The notes: generated from the sequence alone by a model not told the origin. Positions 11,559-25,117 are shown, numbered from the stretch's first letter. The stretch is DNA of 64,000 nt from Gammaproteobacteria bacterium (GCA_011523765.1 WTGA01000163.1:9100-73099); one strand, 5' to 3'. Numbers and translations: made by a program.

Positions 11559-13013
11559 ATGCATGACCAATCACTCGGCGAACTGCGCGCTGGCCTGGAC
11601 AGGAAAGACTATTCGAGCGTTGAGCTCACCCGGCATTTTCTCGGGCGGATTCACCATGGGCAACGACTCAACGCCTTTATTTCGGTTACCGAGGATCTGG
11701 CGCTCGAGCAGGCCCGGCAGGCGGATGCGCGGATTGCCGGAAATGATTCGGAGTTCCTGACCGGCATACCCATTGCCCACAAGGACCTGTTTTGTACCCT
11801 GGGTGTGCGGACCACCTGCGGTTCCAGGATACTGGACAACTTCATCTCCCCCTACGATGCCACCGTTGTCCGCAAGCTCAAATCCGGGGGGATGGTCATG
11901 CTGGGAAAAACCAATATGGATGAATTTGCCATGGGATCATCCAATGAAAACAGTTACTACGGTCACGTGAAAAACCCGTGGGATGAAAAAAGAGTGCCCG
12001 GAGGCAGTTCCGGTGGTTCCGCTGCCGCGGTCAGCGCCCGGCTGGCACCGGTTGCCACGGCGACCGATACAGGCGGCTCCATTCGCCAACCTGCAGCGCT
12101 GTGCGGTCTCACCGGAATCAAGCCCAGCTACGGCCGGGTCAGCCGGTATGGAATGGTGGCCTTTGCATCCTCCCTGGACCAGGGCGGCGTTCTGGCCCGC
12201 AGTGCCGCCGATGCCGCCCTCGTTCTGCAGGCAATGTCCGGATTCGACCGGCGGGATTCGACCTCGCTGGACCGGGCGGTCCCGGATTATCCGGGTTGCA
12301 TCGAGGCTTCCATTCGCGGCAAGGTCATTGGCTTGCCCAAAGAGTTTTTCGGCCAGGGCGCAGACCCCGCTGTCATGGAAGCCGTCGAACAGGCGGTCCG
12401 GATCTTCGAATCCATGGGTGCGAAAACCACCGGGGTGGAACTGCCCAATAGCGAAGCCGGTATCCCCTGCTACTACGTGCTCGCGCCTGCCGAGGCATCC
12501 TCCAACCTCGCCCGGTTCGACGGGGTACGCTATGGCCATCGCACGGAGCAATATGAGGACCTGATGGACATGTATGAACGTACCCGGGCAGAAGGGTTCG
12601 GTGAAGAAGTCAAGCGCCGAATCATGATCGGAACGTATGTCTTGTCGTCGGGGTATTATGATGCCTACTATGTCAAGGCCCAGAAACTGCGGCGGATGAT
12701 CGCCGACGACTTCCAAAGGGCTTTTGAGAAATGCGATTTCATCGCCGGTCCGACGACGCCCGGTACAGCTTTTGTCATTGGAGAAAAGAGTGATGACCCG
12801 GTGTCCATGTATCTCAATGACATCTTTACCAATTCAGCCAATCTGGCCGGGTTGCCGGCCATTTCTGTCCCGGCCGGGCTGGATCATGGCGGACTGCCGA
12901 TCGGACTCCACCTGATCGGAAGATACCTGGATGAAGCCACCATCCTGAACGCGGCACACCAGTTCCAGCAGCGGACGGACTGGCACCGGAAGACACCCGA
13001 AGGGTTTGAGTAA
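11559..13013 (+). CDS. gatA: Asp/Glu-tRNA amidotransferase subunit A
   Basis: It carries the amidase signature [11 protein letters not shown]. Confidence 0.95.
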   Translation: MHDQSLGELRAGLDRKDYSSVELTRHFLGRIHHGQRLNAFISVTEDLALEQARQADARIAGNDSEFLTGIPIAHKDLFCTLGVRTTCGSRILDNFISPYDATVVRKLKSGGMVMLGKTNMDEFAMGSSNENSYYGHVKNPWDEKRVPGGSSGGSAAAVSARLAPVATATDTGGSIRQPAALCGLTGIKPSYGRVSRYGMVAFASSLDQGGVLARSAADAALVLQAMSGFDRRDSTSLDRAVPDYPGCIEASIRGKVIGLPKEFFGQGADPAVMEAVEQAVRIFESMGAKTTGVELPNSEAGIPCYYVLAPAEASSNLARFDGVRYGHRTEQYEDLMDMYERTRAEGFGEEVKRRIMIGTYVLSSGYYDAYYVKAQKLRRMIADDFQRAFEKCDFIAGPTTPGTAFVIGEKSDDPVSMYLNDIFTNSANLAGLPAISVPAGLDHGGLPIGLHLIGRYLDEATILNAAHQFQQRTDWHRKTPEGFE

Positions 13014-14443
13014 TGGAGTGGGAAGCGGTGGTCGGCCTGGAGGTGCATGTCCAGTTGCGGACGAAAAGCAAAATATTTGGCGGTGCGTCCACCGCCTATG
13101 GCGCAGAGCCGAATACCCAGGCCTGCGATGTCAGTGTGGCCCTTCCCGGCGTTTTGCCCGTGATGAACCGGGAAGCTGCGCGGCTGGCGGTCAAGTTCGG
13201 ACTGGGCATCGGGGCTCTCATCAACCGGCGCTCCATCTTTGCCCGGAAGAATTACTTTTATCCTGATTTGCCGAAGGGCTACCAGATCAGCCAGTACGAG
13301 GCCCCGATCGTGGGCCGGGGTACCCTGCAAATCGAAACGCAAACCGGCACCCGGAACATTGGAATCACGCGGGCCCACCTGGAAGAAGATGCCGGCAAGT
13401 CCCTGCATGAGGACTTCCATGGCATGACGGGCATTGACCTGAATCGGGCGGGCACGGCCCTGCTGGAAATCGTCTCCGAACCGGACCTGCGGTCCTCGGC
13501 GGAAGCGGTTGCCTACCTGAAGACCCTGCATGCCCTGGTGCGATATCTTGATATCTCGGATGGGAACATGCAGGAAGGTTCCTTTCGTTGCGATGCCAAT
13601 GTTTCGGTTCGTCCCAAAGGCCAGGATGCATTGGGTACCCGTGCTGAAATCAAGAATATCAACTCATTCCGGTTCGTGGAAAAAGCCGTTGATTTCGAAA
13701 TCGAACGGCAGATTGACCGGATTGAAAATGGCGGGAAAGTGGTCCAGGAAACCCGGTTGTATGACCCGGACCGGGATGAAACACGGTCCATGCGGTCCAA
13801 GGAGGAAGCCCATGACTACCGGTACTTCCCGGACCCGGACCTTCCGGCACTGGTTCTCGACGAATCGTTTATCGAGAAGGTCCGATCGGAACTTCCTGAA
13901 TTGCCCCGGGCCCGCAAGGCAAGGTTCGAATCCGAGTACGGATTGTCCCGATCCGATGCAGCCCAGCTGACCCGTGACCGGCAGACTGCCGATTACTTTG
14001 AACGGGTATGCTCGAAAACCTCGGCAAACCCCAAGGTCGCGGCGAACTGGGTATTGGGTGAATTGGCCAGCGCACTGAACCATCACAATCTGGAAATCGC
14101 GGACACCCGGGTAGACAGCACTGGCCTGGCGAAGCTGCTCGACCGGGTTGCGGACCACACCATTTCCGGAAAAACCGCAAAGGATGTCTTCCTGCTTCTG
14201 TGGAACAGCGACCAGTCGGTAGACCGGATCATCGAGGACCGGGGGCTGAAACAGATTACCGACAACGCGGAAATCGAGGCGGTCGTTGCCGGAGTGCTTT
14301 GCGACCATCAGGCACAGGTCCGGCAGTACCGCGAAGGCAATCAAAGGGTCTTCGGTTTTTTTGTCGGCCAGGTGATGAAGCGTACCCGGGGCAAGGCAAA
14401 CCCCAAACAGGTGAATGAATTATTGCACGAAAAATTAAAGTAG
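13013..14443 (+). CDS. gatB: Asp/Glu-tRNA amidotransferase subunit B
   Basis: The N-terminus is GatB-type ([12 protein letters not shown]) and there is a C-terminal YqeY-like tail. Its start overlaps the gatA stop. Confidence 0.95.
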   Translation: MEWEAVVGLEVHVQLRTKSKIFGGASTAYGAEPNTQACDVSVALPGVLPVMNREAARLAVKFGLGIGALINRRSIFARKNYFYPDLPKGYQISQYEAPIVGRGTLQIETQTGTRNIGITRAHLEEDAGKSLHEDFHGMTGIDLNRAGTALLEIVSEPDLRSSAEAVAYLKTLHALVRYLDISDGNMQEGSFRCDANVSVRPKGQDALGTRAEIKNINSFRFVEKAVDFEIERQIDRIENGGKVVQETRLYDPDRDETRSMRSKEEAHDYRYFPDPDLPALVLDESFIEKVRSELPELPRARKARFESEYGLSRSDAAQLTRDRQTADYFERVCSKTSANPKVAANWVLGELASALNHHNLEIADTRVDSTGLAKLLDRVADHTISGKTAKDVFLLLWNSDQSVDRIIEDRGLKQITDNAEIEAVVAGVLCDHQAQVRQYREGNQRVFGFFVGQVMKRTRGKANPKQVNELLHEKLK

Positions 14444-14459
14444 GGTAAAAGGAGGATGT

Positions 14460-14536
14460 GGGCCTGTAGCTCAGCTGGATAGAGTACCTGGCTTCGAACC
14501 AGGTGGTCGGGGGTTCGAGTCCCTCCGGGCCCGCCA
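14460..14536 (+). tRNA. tRNA-Arg, anticodon UCG
   Basis: Hand-folding gives a cloverleaf: acceptor GGGCCTG/CGGGCCC, D-loop AGCTGGATA (A20), anticodon stem CCTGG/CCAGG with loop CTTCGAA, T-arm GGGGG-TTCGAGT-CCCTC, and an encoded CCA. Confidence 0.85.
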
Positions 14537-14634
14537 TTCAATGCACATCGTCATGCTGAACGGATATGGCGGAAAGGCATCTCTTATTGAGATTTTACTC
14601 TGAACTCGGATTATGGGATCTTAAATTGAAAAAA

Positions 14635-14886
14635 ATGTTTGTTGGCAATTTGCCGAGCGAGACCAAAGAAAGCGACCTTGAGGAATTATTCGGACGGTAC
14701 GGCACCGTACGCTCGCTGAAATTAATCACCGATATGTTTACACGCAAGTGCAAGGGGTTCGGGTTCATTGAAATGGAGGGGCATGAAGCCCGTGCCGCCA
14801 TTGAGGGACTGAACGGGACTGATTTCAAGGGCAATGCCATTAAAGTTACTTTTGAAACCCAGAAACCGGGCGGGCGGCGGAGATAA
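14635..14886 (+). CDS. RRM-type RNA-binding protein
   Basis: It has RNP1 (KGFGFIEM) and RNP2 (MFVGNL) motifs and a basic C-terminal GGRRR tail. I placed the start at the internal ATG at 14635. Confidence 0.85.
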   Translation: MFVGNLPSETKESDLEELFGRYGTVRSLKLITDMFTRKCKGFGFIEMEGHEARAAIEGLNGTDFKGNAIKVTFETQKPGGRRR

Positions 14887-14947
14887 CCCGTTCTGTGCCT
14901 TGAAGCGACCGGCCCGGTTCCGCAGGGCCTCCCGCAACCTGCCTTCC

Positions 14948-14972
14948 GGAGACCCGGTTGAACCCGGTCTCC
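14948..14972. other. GC-rich intergenic palindrome (GGAGACC..GGTCTCC) after the RRM gene
   Basis: The sequence is GGAGACCCGGTTGAACCCGGTCTCC, with a 7 bp outer stem and no U-tract. It lies within a 359-nt ORF-poor spacer. Confidence 0.35.
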
Positions 14973-15245
14973 ACCCGGAAACGCCTGCCCCCGGATGAAA
15001 CCGGGAGACAGGACCGGCACGGAACGGGGAGCCCCCGGTAATGAGCGTCGTACTCGTTCACCGTTTTCGCGCCCCGCAATCACCGCAGGGATCCCGGGAG
15101 ACGTTGGCCCGGTTCGGATGATCGCTCTTGTGCCCGTTGCACCACGTTCCGCGCTGATGCCATGGAACGGGAAGTTCCCCTTCGGCCGGTCTCTCCGGAA
15201 ACCGGTACGCCCGAACGGCTTCATGCCCGGCGGGTCCCCTGCGTA

Positions 15246-15827
15246 ATGGAACACCCGCTGATACTCGCTTCGTCCTCCGCGTCCCGCAAACGGATTCTGT
15301 CCCGTACCGGACTGGAGTTTGCAACCGTCACGCCGAACATCGACGAGACGCCGGACCCGGGAGAGTCTCCCGGCCACCTTGTGGAAAGGCTGGCCCGGGC
15401 AAAGGCTGAAGCCGTGAAAGAACAATTCGGGCATTCACTGGTCATCGGTTCCGACCAGGTCGGATTGATAGACGGAGAAATCCTGGGAAAGCCCCGGGAC
15501 CACGAAGATGCGGTCCGGCAGCTGACCAAGTGTTCGGGGTCCGAACTGGTTCTTTATGCGGGCGTGGCACTGCTCAACACGAACAGCGGTTTCATGCAAT
15601 CCGATGTGGATACGTTTGGCGTCGCATACCGGGTGCTCTCCCCGGAAAAGATCCGCAAATACCTGGCGGCCGAAAAGCCCTATGACAGCTGCGGCAGCCT
15701 CAAGGTGGAAGGCATCGGAATCGCACTGCTGGAACGGCTGACCGGATCCGATCCCAACACGCTGATGGGATTCCCGTTGATCAAACTGCTGCGCCTGCTG
15801 GAAAAGGAGGGAGTGGAACTGGTCTGA
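15246..15827 (+). CDS. maf: Maf-like nucleoside triphosphate pyrophosphatase
   Basis: The sequence MEHPLILASSSASRKRIL..GSDQV..GKP.. is Maf-type. I placed the start at the internal ATG at 15246. Confidence 0.85.
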   Translation: MEHPLILASSSASRKRILSRTGLEFATVTPNIDETPDPGESPGHLVERLARAKAEAVKEQFGHSLVIGSDQVGLIDGEILGKPRDHEDAVRQLTKCSGSELVLYAGVALLNTNSGFMQSDVDTFGVAYRVLSPEKIRKYLAAEKPYDSCGSLKVEGIGIALLERLTGSDPNTLMGFPLIKLLRLLEKEGVELV

Positions 15828-15931
15828 TTCCGGCCCGGGCCGATCCCGCCCCTTCCGAATGAGCGGTCTTCGCAAACCGGATCACCCGACACGAATGGCC
15901 GCCTGCCTTTGGGGCGGCGAAAACGCCGTTT

Positions 15932-17980
<2,049 letters not shown>

Positions 17981-18232
17981 AATCAGGGGGAGCACAAGCA
18001 GTGAAACAGGGCTTTCACCACAGCGGGTCAACTTGTCACAGATGCCGGGAACAGTCAATGCAAACTTCACCCTGGAAGCGGTATAATCGACAGTCGGAAA
18101 TGGGGGCAACGAAATTCCCACGGCCCGTCTGCGGGATGCACGGCAACGTAATAGGGACAATATTCCGGCTTCCGTCGAGAAATCCCTTGACCCCATGGCG
18201 TTGTGGAATTAGTATCGCCCCGCCTCCGTGAT

Positions 18233-18308
18233 TCCCCGGTAGCTCAGTTGGTAGAGCAGGTGGCTGTTAACCACCCTGTCGGCAGTTCGAGTCTGTCCCG
18301 GGGAGCCA
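18233..18308 (+). tRNA. tRNA-Asn (GUU)
   Basis: The acceptor is TCCCCGG/CCGGGGA, the anticodon loop is CTGTTAA, the T-arm is GGCAG-TTCGAGT-CTGTC, and CCA is encoded. It closely resembles E. coli tRNA-Asn. Confidence 0.9.
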
Positions 18309-18576
18309 TATTTTCGGGCGCGCACCGCCGTGCCCCGATGGTCAATGCGAAGCCCCGGAGGACGGCCCCTTCGGGGTTTCAGCGGTTTCCCAGGCCGCTG
18401 CCCGTCGGGCCCGCACCGTCAAACCGAGGAATTGCGCGCAACCCGGGGACTGGCAGGGTTTCCGCAACCCCGTCAACCATGATGAAACGCCGACGTGCGG
18501 ATTCCCGTTCCGGTGATTGCCAAGAGTCCGGGCCAAACAGAAACCGTCTTCGCCCGCCGGACGACTGGAGTACCGG

Positions 18577-19482
18577 CTAGAGAAACAACCGTTTCGGGGC
18601 CACCATTCCCACCGCAGTGATTTCCCCCAAGCCGAGAAACCGGTTGGCGGACGCATACACGCGGGCGAGGCCGGCCTGGGAAGCCCCGGGGATTCTGACC
18701 GCCTGGCCCTGGGAAAAGCTGTGTACGGTCGTTTCCGGCAAATCAATTTTCGGCAAGTGGAGCAATGCCTGGTCCGGGGGGATTAACCGGTTGCGGCGGA
18801 TGTCATCGGTGTCCCGGACTTCGAGTTGCTCGAGTGAAACACTCTGACTGAGTTCGAATGGCCCCGCCTGCGTTCTTCGCAAAGCCGCCACATGCGCCCC
18901 GCAGCCCAGCGCATCACCCAGGTCAGCAGCCAGACTGCGCACATAAAATCCTTTGGAGCACTGCAGGGAAACCTTCAGTCGATCCCCCGAAAATTCCCGC
19001 ACCACCAGAGAATGAATGCTGACCTTGCGCGGCAGTCGTTCCGTTTCGATGCCTTTCCTCGCCAGTTTGTACAGGGGCTGCCCCCGCTGCTTGATCGCGG
19101 AAAACATGGGCGGGACCTGCAGTATTTCGCCCCGATACTGTTTCAGGCACTCATCCAGCTGCAGCGCGGATACCCGGACAGCCGACCGGCTGACAATCCG
19201 GCCGTCGGAATCGCCACTGTCGGTTTTTGTGCCCAGCTGGAAAGTGGCTTCATAGGATTTGTCCGAATCGAGCAGCATGCCGGATATTTTGGTAGCCTGC
19301 CCAAAACAAAGCGGAAGCAAACCGCTGGCCATCGGGTCCAGGCTGCCGGTGTGTCCGGCCTTGTTTGCATTCAGCAATCGCCGGCAGGCCTGCAGCACCC
19401 TGTTCGATGAAATTCCTGTCGGCTTGTCAAGCAGCAGTATTCCATCGATGTCCTGTCCTGTCGGGCGTCGCCGTCGAGGCAT
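18577..19482 (-). CDS. truB: tRNA pseudouridine-55 synthase TruB
   Basis: It contains the GHTGSLDPMASG catalytic Asp motif and follows rbfA. Confidence 0.95.
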   Translation of the reverse strand: MPRRRRPTGQDIDGILLLDKPTGISSNRVLQACRRLLNANKAGHTGSLDPMASGLLPLCFGQATKISGMLLDSDKSYEATFQLGTKTDSGDSDGRIVSRSAVRVSALQLDECLKQYRGEILQVPPMFSAIKQRGQPLYKLARKGIETERLPRKVSIHSLVVREFSGDRLKVSLQCSKGFYVRSLAADLGDALGCGAHVAALRRTQAGPFELSQSVSLEQLEVRDTDDIRRNRLIPPDQALLHLPKIDLPETTVHSFSQGQAVRIPGASQAGLARVYASANRFLGLGEITAVGMVAPKRLFL

Positions 19483-19826
19483 CAGTGATTCAGGTTCTCG
19501 ATCAACCGGGTCATCTTGATACCGCGCTGAATGCTGGTGTCATATTGAAACCGCAATGCCGGGGTCACCCGCATTTCCAGGTTCTTGCTCAGCAGGTTCC
19601 GAAGATAGCCGGATGAGCGGTTCATCAAGCGTTCGGTTTCCCCCCGTTCCATCTCCGGGTCCAGGCTGGAAATATAGACGGTCGCCTGTTTCAAGTCCCT
19701 GGATACGGTCACGGCGGTGACCGTCACCGTGTTGATGCGGGCATCATTCAGTTCACGGGTGATCAGGACCGCCACTTCCCTCTTGACCAATTCGGCAACA
19801 CGCCGGGTTCTGTCGATGTCGTTCAT
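19482..19826 (-). CDS. rbfA: Ribosome-binding factor A
   Basis: I placed the start at the internal ATG at 19826, which is preceded by an AGGAGG SD. The gene sits between infB and truB. Confidence 0.9.
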   Translation of the reverse strand: MNDIDRTRRVAELVKREVAVLITRELNDARINTVTVTAVTVSRDLKQATVYISSLDPEMERGETERLMNRSSGYLRNLLSKNLEMRVTPALRFQYDTSIQRGIKMTRLIENLNH

Positions 19827-19907
19827 TCCATCCTCCTGGCGCAGGACATGCCGGAACCGCATCCCGAAACCATGTGGTCAGCTAAAAAGGGCCAGGCGTT
19901 CCGGCCT

Positions 19908-22472
19908 TTACAGTTCCTTGGTGGACTGCACGACCTCGAACACCTCGATCTGGTCGCCGACCTTGATGTCGTTGTAATCCCGGATGCCGATTCCGCATTC
20001 ATATCCGTTCTTGACTTCATTGACATCCTCTTTGAATCTGCGCAGCGAATCGATCGCCCCTTCGAAAATGACGATATTGTTGCGCAGGACCCGTACCGGA
20101 AGATTGCGTTTGACCACGCCGTCCGTCACATAACATCCCGCGACTGCACCGATCTTGCGTGCACGGAAGATGTCACGAACTTCCACAAGACCGACATGCT
20201 CTTCTTTTGAAACCGGGGACAGCAGACCCGACATGACCGCCTTGATCGAATCCACGACGTCATAGATCACATTGTGATAATGAACACTGACTCCTTCCGT
20301 TTCAATGATTTTTCTTGCCGTGGCGTCCGCCCGGACATTGAATCCGACAATGATCGCCCCGGACGCCAGAACCAGATTGACATCGGATTCGTTGATTCCC
20401 CCGACCATTCCATGAATCACATTCACCTTGACTTCATCCACGGACAGTTTTTCCAGTGAATCTTTCAGTGCTTCGACCGAACCCTGCACATCGGCCTTGA
20501 TCAGCACATTCAGCGTGGTCACTTCGCCTTCGCTCATGCGGTTGAACATGCTTTCCAGCTTCACTTTCTGCTGTTGCGCCAATTTCACCTCCTTGGACTT
20601 GCCCTGGCGGTGCAACGCAATTTCCCTTGCCTTGCGTTCATCGGTGACCACAATAAAATCATCTCCAGCGACGGGAACGCCGGTCAGTCCCTGGATTTCC
20701 ACCGGGGTCGAAGGACCTGCCTGCTGCACCCTGTTCCCGCTGCCGTCCGTGAGAACCCGGACCCGGCCGGTTTCCTTGCCGGCAAGAATGATATCCGCCT
20801 GGTTGAGGATGCCCTGCTGCACGAGGACCGTCGCCATCGGCCCCTTGCCCCGGTCCAGCCGGGCTTCGATGACGACCCCGGTTGCGCTTCCCGAGGGACG
20901 AGCTGTCAAATCCGCGATTTCCGCCTGCAGCAACACCGATTCCAGCAGGGTGTCGACCCCCTCACCGGTGATGGCGGAAACCAGGTTCATCAGCACATCC
21001 CCTCCCCATTCTTCCGGGATGACCTCGTGATTCGACAGTTCCTGTTTCACCCTTTCGGGGTCCGCTTCTTCCTTGTCGATTTTGTTGATGGCAACAATCA
21101 TGGGGACAGCCGCGGCTTTTGCGTGGTTGATGGCTTCAAGCGTCTGCGGCTTGACCCCGTCATCCGCTGCAACCACCAGGATGACAAAATCAGTCGCTTT
21201 CGCCCCCCGTGCGCGCATGGAAGAAAACGCTTCATGCCCGGGCGTGTCCAGAAAACAGATCCGATGGTCGTTCACCGGCACCTGGTACGCACCAATGTGC
21301 TGGGTAATGCCTCCTGCCTCACTGGCGGTCACCTTCGTTTTTCGAAGGTAATCCAGCAAAGAGGTTTTCCCGTGGTCCACATGTCCCATAATCGTTACCA
21401 CGGGCGGCCTCGGTTTTTCCTCCCCGCTTTCGTTCTCTTCCGTCAACAGGGCTTCCAGGTCATCGGCCTTGGCAATTTTGGGAACATGTCCCATTTCCTC
21501 GACCAGCAATGCGGCAAAGTCCTGGTCGAGCACCTGGTTGATCGTCAACATGAACCCCTTGGCCATCATGGCCTTGATCACTTCGCTGGCCTTGATGGAC
21601 ATGGCATGGGCGAGCTCGCCCACGGTAATCGTTTCATTGATGATGACTTCGCGGATATCGGGTTCCGTGGGTTGCACGAATGCATGCTGGCCTTCGAGCA
21701 CCGATGAAATCTTGGGGATCTTGCCAAAATGATGGCGGCGTTTCCGGGTGTTTCGGCGCTTGGTTGCATGCAGCTCCTCTCGCTCGATTTTTCCCCGGTT
21801 CCCGGTGCGATTGCCCCGCTTTCCCCTTTTGGGTCTTTCCCCTGCAGGAGGGGCCACCGTCTCCGGCATCTGGGGCGGTTCTGCGGCCTGGCGCTTCCCG
21901 GCCTGGCTCCCCCCGTCCGCAACGGCGCCCTCTTGACGGTCCTCCGGGGTGGCGGGGTCTCCTGCGCTACCGCCCTCGCCTCGTGTTTCGGAATCCTTTG
22001 CAGCCTCGGCCTGGGCCCTTTCCATCTGCTCGAGGTTCCTTTTCTCCTCTTCCCGTTTCGCCTGTTCCTCCGCTTCTAGTGCCTGCTGCTTTTCTTCCTC
22101 AAGCCGTCTTCTTTCGGCTTCAGCCCGGGCTTCTCTTTCCGCAATTTCCTTCTGTTCGGCTTCTATGGAACGGCGCGGCACAAAGGTGCGGCGTTTTCTT
22201 CTCTCGACGGGCACCACCTTGGCTGCACCGGTACGGCTGGTCAGATTGATATGGTCCGTCGTCTTTTGTGTCTTGGAGAACCCCCCGGGCTTGGGGGTTT
22301 CCCCCAGTTTTTCACTCCTTGCCAGGAACTTCGAATACTTGATTTTCTCATTGCCCTCCAGCAAATCATCCTTCCGTTTGCCACAGATGCCGGCCTGTTC
22401 AAGCCGTTCAAGCAGGGTATCGACACTGACGCCGATTTGCTTCGCGAAATTATCTACAGTGACCTGGGACAT
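19908..22472 (-). CDS. infB: Translation initiation factor IF-2
   Basis: It has the [10 protein letters not shown]-domain and a charged low-complexity N-terminal region. Confidence 0.97.
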   Translation of the reverse strand: MSQVTVDNFAKQIGVSVDTLLERLEQAGICGKRKDDLLEGNEKIKYSKFLARSEKLGETPKPGGFSKTQKTTDHINLTSRTGAAKVVPVERRKRRTFVPRRSIEAEQKEIAEREARAEAERRRLEEEKQQALEAEEQAKREEEKRNLEQMERAQAEAAKDSETRGEGGSAGDPATPEDRQEGAVADGGSQAGKRQAAEPPQMPETVAPPAGERPKRGKRGNRTGNRGKIEREELHATKRRNTRKRRHHFGKIPKISSVLEGQHAFVQPTEPDIREVIINETITVGELAHAMSIKASEVIKAMMAKGFMLTINQVLDQDFAALLVEEMGHVPKIAKADDLEALLTEENESGEEKPRPPVVTIMGHVDHGKTSLLDYLRKTKVTASEAGGITQHIGAYQVPVNDHRICFLDTPGHEAFSSMRARGAKATDFVILVVAADDGVKPQTLEAINHAKAAAVPMIVAINKIDKEEADPERVKQELSNHEVIPEEWGGDVLMNLVSAITGEGVDTLLESVLLQAEIADLTARPSGSATGVVIEARLDRGKGPMATVLVQQGILNQADIILAGKETGRVRVLTDGSGNRVQQAGPSTPVEIQGLTGVPVAGDDFIVVTDERKAREIALHRQGKSKEVKLAQQQKVKLESMFNRMSEGEVTTLNVLIKADVQGSVEALKDSLEKLSVDEVKVNVIHGMVGGINESDVNLVLASGAIIVGFNVRADATARKIIETEGVSVHYHNVIYDVVDSIKAVMSGLLSPVSKEEHVGLVEVRDIFRARKIGAVAGCYVTDGVVKRNLPVRVLRNNIVIFEGAIDSLRRFKEDVNEVKNGYECGIGIRDYNDIKVGDQIEVFEVVQSTKEL

Positions 22473-22490
22473 GTCTGGACCTTGTCTGGG

Positions 22491-23996
22491 TTAATTGAGG
22501 CTATTGTGCGCAGGGTTGTCAAACATGGGAGCTCGGGCGGTCATGATCAGTTCACTGGCCCGTTCAACCCCCATCTCCATGATATCCAGCACTTCATCCA
22601 CGGAACAATCCGCCAGTTCCTGCATCGTTCTGACCCCCCCTCCTGCCAGGATTTTGGCCGTTTCCTCGTCCATACCCTCCATGCCAAGCAGGTCTTCAGC
22701 GGGTCTCATTTTTTCCTGTTCCCGGATCCGGTCTGTCCACAGGTTGTCATCGGCCCGATATCTGAGTTCATCAACCAGGGCTTCATCGAATTCTTCAATA
22801 TCCAGCAGTTCCTGCTTGGGGACATAGGCAATCTCTTCCAGGCTGCTGAAACCCTCCTGAGCCAGGATGGTCGCGATATTCTCATCGATATCCAGCAATT
22901 TCATGAATTTCTCAACCAGCACCTGCAGTTCCGCATCCTGTTTTTCCAGCGCTTCCTTGTCCGTCATCAGGTTGAGTTCCCACCCGGTCAACTCGGAGGC
23001 GAGACGAACATTCTGGCCGCCCCGGCCAATGGCCCGCGACAGGTTTTCCTCCGTCACCACGACATCCATGGATTGGCTCTCTTCATCCAGATAAATCGAT
23101 TCGACTTCAGCCGGCGACAGGGCCTGGATCACAAACTCTGCAATATTGGTGGACCAGACGATGATATCCACCCGCTCCCCGGCAATCTCATTGGAGACGC
23201 TTTGTACTCGGGAACCGCGGATGCCAACGCAGGCGCCAACGGGGTCCACATTCGCATCGTGGGTGCGCACGGAAATCTTTGCACGGGATCCGGGGTCCCT
23301 GGCGGCTCCGAGGATTTCAATGATCCCCTCCCCGGCTTCCGGAACTTCCAGTTTGAACAGTGCGATCAGAAACTCTGACGACAGCCGGGTCAAGATGAGC
23401 TGTGGTCCCCGGGCCTCAAGGTCGATTTCCTTCAACAGTGCGCGAATACGGTCTCCCGGTCGCAACCCTTCCCTTGGGATCATGCCGCTCTTGGGAAGCA
23501 TCGCATCCGTGTCTCCCAGGTCAATAATGGCATTCCCGTGATCCAGCCGTTTGACCGTACCGGAAATCAAGGTGCCGAATTTGTCCTTGTAACGCTCGGC
23601 AACCTGGTGACGTTCCGCTTCCCGGACCTTTTGCATGATCACCTGTTTCGCCGCCTGAGCCGCAATACGACCAAACTCCACCTGTTCCATGGGTTCTTCG
23701 ATCTGGTCCTCTATGTTCAACTCCGGGTCGCTTTCCCGGGCTTCAGACAATGGAATCTGCCGGTCCGGAAATTCCAGTTCGCCTTCGTCATCGACGACTT
23801 CCCAGACCCGGAATGTGTCGTAGTCTCCGGTTTCACGATGAATGCTGACTCTGGCATCAATGTCTTCGAGATGCCTTTTCTTTGTCGCCGTCGCAAGCGC
23901 GGCCTCGATGGCATGGAAGATGATTTCCCTGTCAAGACCTTTTTCCCGGGAAACCACCTCTGCCATCAACAAGATTTCGTTGTTTGAAATCGCCAT
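22491..23996 (-). CDS. nusA: Transcription termination/antitermination factor NusA
   Basis: The N-terminus [35 protein letters not shown] aligns with E. coli NusA. I used the ATG at 23996; the track start at 24035 is a TTG extension. Confidence 0.95.
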   Translation of the reverse strand: MAISNNEILLMAEVVSREKGLDREIIFHAIEAALATATKKRHLEDIDARVSIHRETGDYDTFRVWEVVDDEGELEFPDRQIPLSEARESDPELNIEDQIEEPMEQVEFGRIAAQAAKQVIMQKVREAERHQVAERYKDKFGTLISGTVKRLDHGNAIIDLGDTDAMLPKSGMIPREGLRPGDRIRALLKEIDLEARGPQLILTRLSSEFLIALFKLEVPEAGEGIIEILGAARDPGSRAKISVRTHDANVDPVGACVGIRGSRVQSVSNEIAGERVDIIVWSTNIAEFVIQALSPAEVESIYLDEESQSMDVVVTEENLSRAIGRGGQNVRLASELTGWELNLMTDKEALEKQDAELQVLVEKFMKLLDIDENIATILAQEGFSSLEEIAYVPKQELLDIEEFDEALVDELRYRADDNLWTDRIREQEKMRPAEDLLGMEGMDEETAKILAGGGVRTMQELADCSVDEVLDIMEMGVERASELIMTARAPMFDNPAHNSLN

Positions 23997-24031
23997 ATTT
24001 CTACCGACACTCAATAAATGTTCATGTTTGC

Positions 24032-24484
24032 TCAATATACCGGGGCGAGTCGTGCCGACTCGATATCCTTATAGGGCAGATCATAGCTTTCACCATCCAC
24101 ATGGAGGACTACCGCGTCTTCCCCTGCCTCGATCATCTTCCCGGTAAACCGCCTTCTACCCAGTATATGTATCGATGTCACGATTTTTGCCTGGTTGCCG
24201 ACAAACTGCCGAAAGTGGCTCGGTTTCACCAGTGGCCGGTCAAGACCCGGCGAGGACACTTCCAGCAGATAGGCGGCACTCAACGGGTCCTCAACATCCA
24301 GCACCGCACTTAGCTGACGGCTGACCTGTGCACAGTCATCGACCTGAATTCCTCCCGGGGCATCAATGTAAATGCGCAAGATCCGGTCCCTGCCCTGGTG
24401 CCCGAATTCAATGTGCAGCAGTTCATATCCCATGCCATCCACCGTAGGCTCGAGGAGACCTGCCAACTCTGTACTGTTCCGCAT
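24032..24484 (-). CDS. rimP: Ribosome maturation factor RimP
   Basis: The sequence LRIYIDAPGGIQVDDCAQVSRQLSAVLDVEDPL..LEVSSPGLDRPL is RimP-type. The start is the ATG at 24484 (the TTG at 24487 is also possible). Confidence 0.9.
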   Translation of the reverse strand: MRNSTELAGLLEPTVDGMGYELLHIEFGHQGRDRILRIYIDAPGGIQVDDCAQVSRQLSAVLDVEDPLSAAYLLEVSSPGLDRPLVKPSHFRQFVGNQAKIVTSIHILGRRRFTGKMIEAGEDAVVLHVDGESYDLPYKDIESARLAPVY

Positions 24485-24510
24485 CAATCGCCCTGCAAAT
24501 TAAAATTGCA

Positions 24511-24533
24511 CAAAAAATGGGCCAAAGGCCCAC
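24511..24533 (-). terminator. Rho-independent terminator (minus strand) 25 nt upstream of rimP
   Basis: The minus strand reads GTGGGCC-TTT-GGCCCA followed by TTTTTTG, that is, a 6-7 bp GC stem and a U6 tract. Confidence 0.65.
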
Positions 24534-24539
24534 TTGAAT

Positions 24540-25100
24540 TCTCAAAACCAACTTCGTCCCCAACACCAAACCCCGCTTACTGCGGGGGTTACATCCTGGC
24601 CGGACATTGGTGCCCAGAAACCACCTGCCGACTACTCCGTGCGGCTCACTGTCCATCCGGCCGGGTCTCCCTAATCCGTCCTGAACGCGTTTCCCTTCCC
24701 CGGAAGAAGGTCCACGTATTCCGGGCAGGGAGTATACCTGAATAACGCCCTGCCCTTCAATGGAGGAACGAAAAATTGTCATGGCCAAATGGGTGGATTG
24801 GCCGGTTCCACTGGACAGGCCTCATGAACGGGTCTGGCGGGATCAACGGTGGCCGGAGCGGCAACCGAAAGCCGTGGGCCACTGCACAGGCACCTCGTGT
24901 GCGCAGCGGTTGCGGGGCCGGCAGGGCAAAGAGGCGTTGATCCGGATGCATCGCTATCCGGCCCGGCTTCCGGAAATCACCTTGACCACCCGACCCTGCT
25001 TCGCCATCATTTCATATGGTCGGTCTGCTTCAACTTATCGAGAACCTCCATTTCCGTCAGGAAGTTCCATGCAGTGGAGTCGGACCGGAATTTGTTAGAA
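24540..25100 (-). ncRNA. Candidate structured non-coding RNA or structured spacer (unclassified)
   Basis: No protein-like ORF occurs in any frame. The region has nested helices: 24598-24606/24650-24662, 24723-24730/24748-24755 and 24783-24788/24798-24803. A ~104-nt multi-segment hairpin spans 24840-24943 (GGATCAACG/CGTTGATCC, GCAACCG/CGGTTGC, GCCGG/CCGGC), and a further helix is 24942-24947/24956-24961. Two minus-strand terminators lie at the low-coordinate end. The strand and ends are inferred, not shown. Confidence 0.3.
24568..24587 (-). terminator. Second, weaker terminator-like hairpin (minus strand)
   Basis: The minus strand reads CCCCGC-AGTAA-GCGGGG followed by TTTGGTGTT. It has a 6 bp GC stem but a short U run. 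Confidence 0.35.
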
Positions 25101-25117
25101 AAATTTGTTTGACGCAG

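Noticed and set aside
24571-24589. att-like direct repeat of the tRNA-fMet 3' end that would delimit an integrated island
   Set aside because: Only 8 nt (GCGGGGGT) match the tRNA 3' segment and the flanks diverge. The match also forms part of a local hairpin. It is too short to call an attachment site.
24540-25100. RNase P RNA, tmRNA, 6S RNA, a second SRP RNA or group II intron domain V in the long rimP-upstream spacer
   Set aside because: There are local resemblances, such as GGGCAGGG..TAACGCC, CCCGGCTTCCGG..TCACC and GAGCCGCAC..GGTTTC. However, the universally conserved cores are missing on both strands: GGAAAGTCCGG for RNase P, the tRNA-like ..TCCACCA end for tmRNA, and a properly paired domain V. 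No intron-encoded protein is present.
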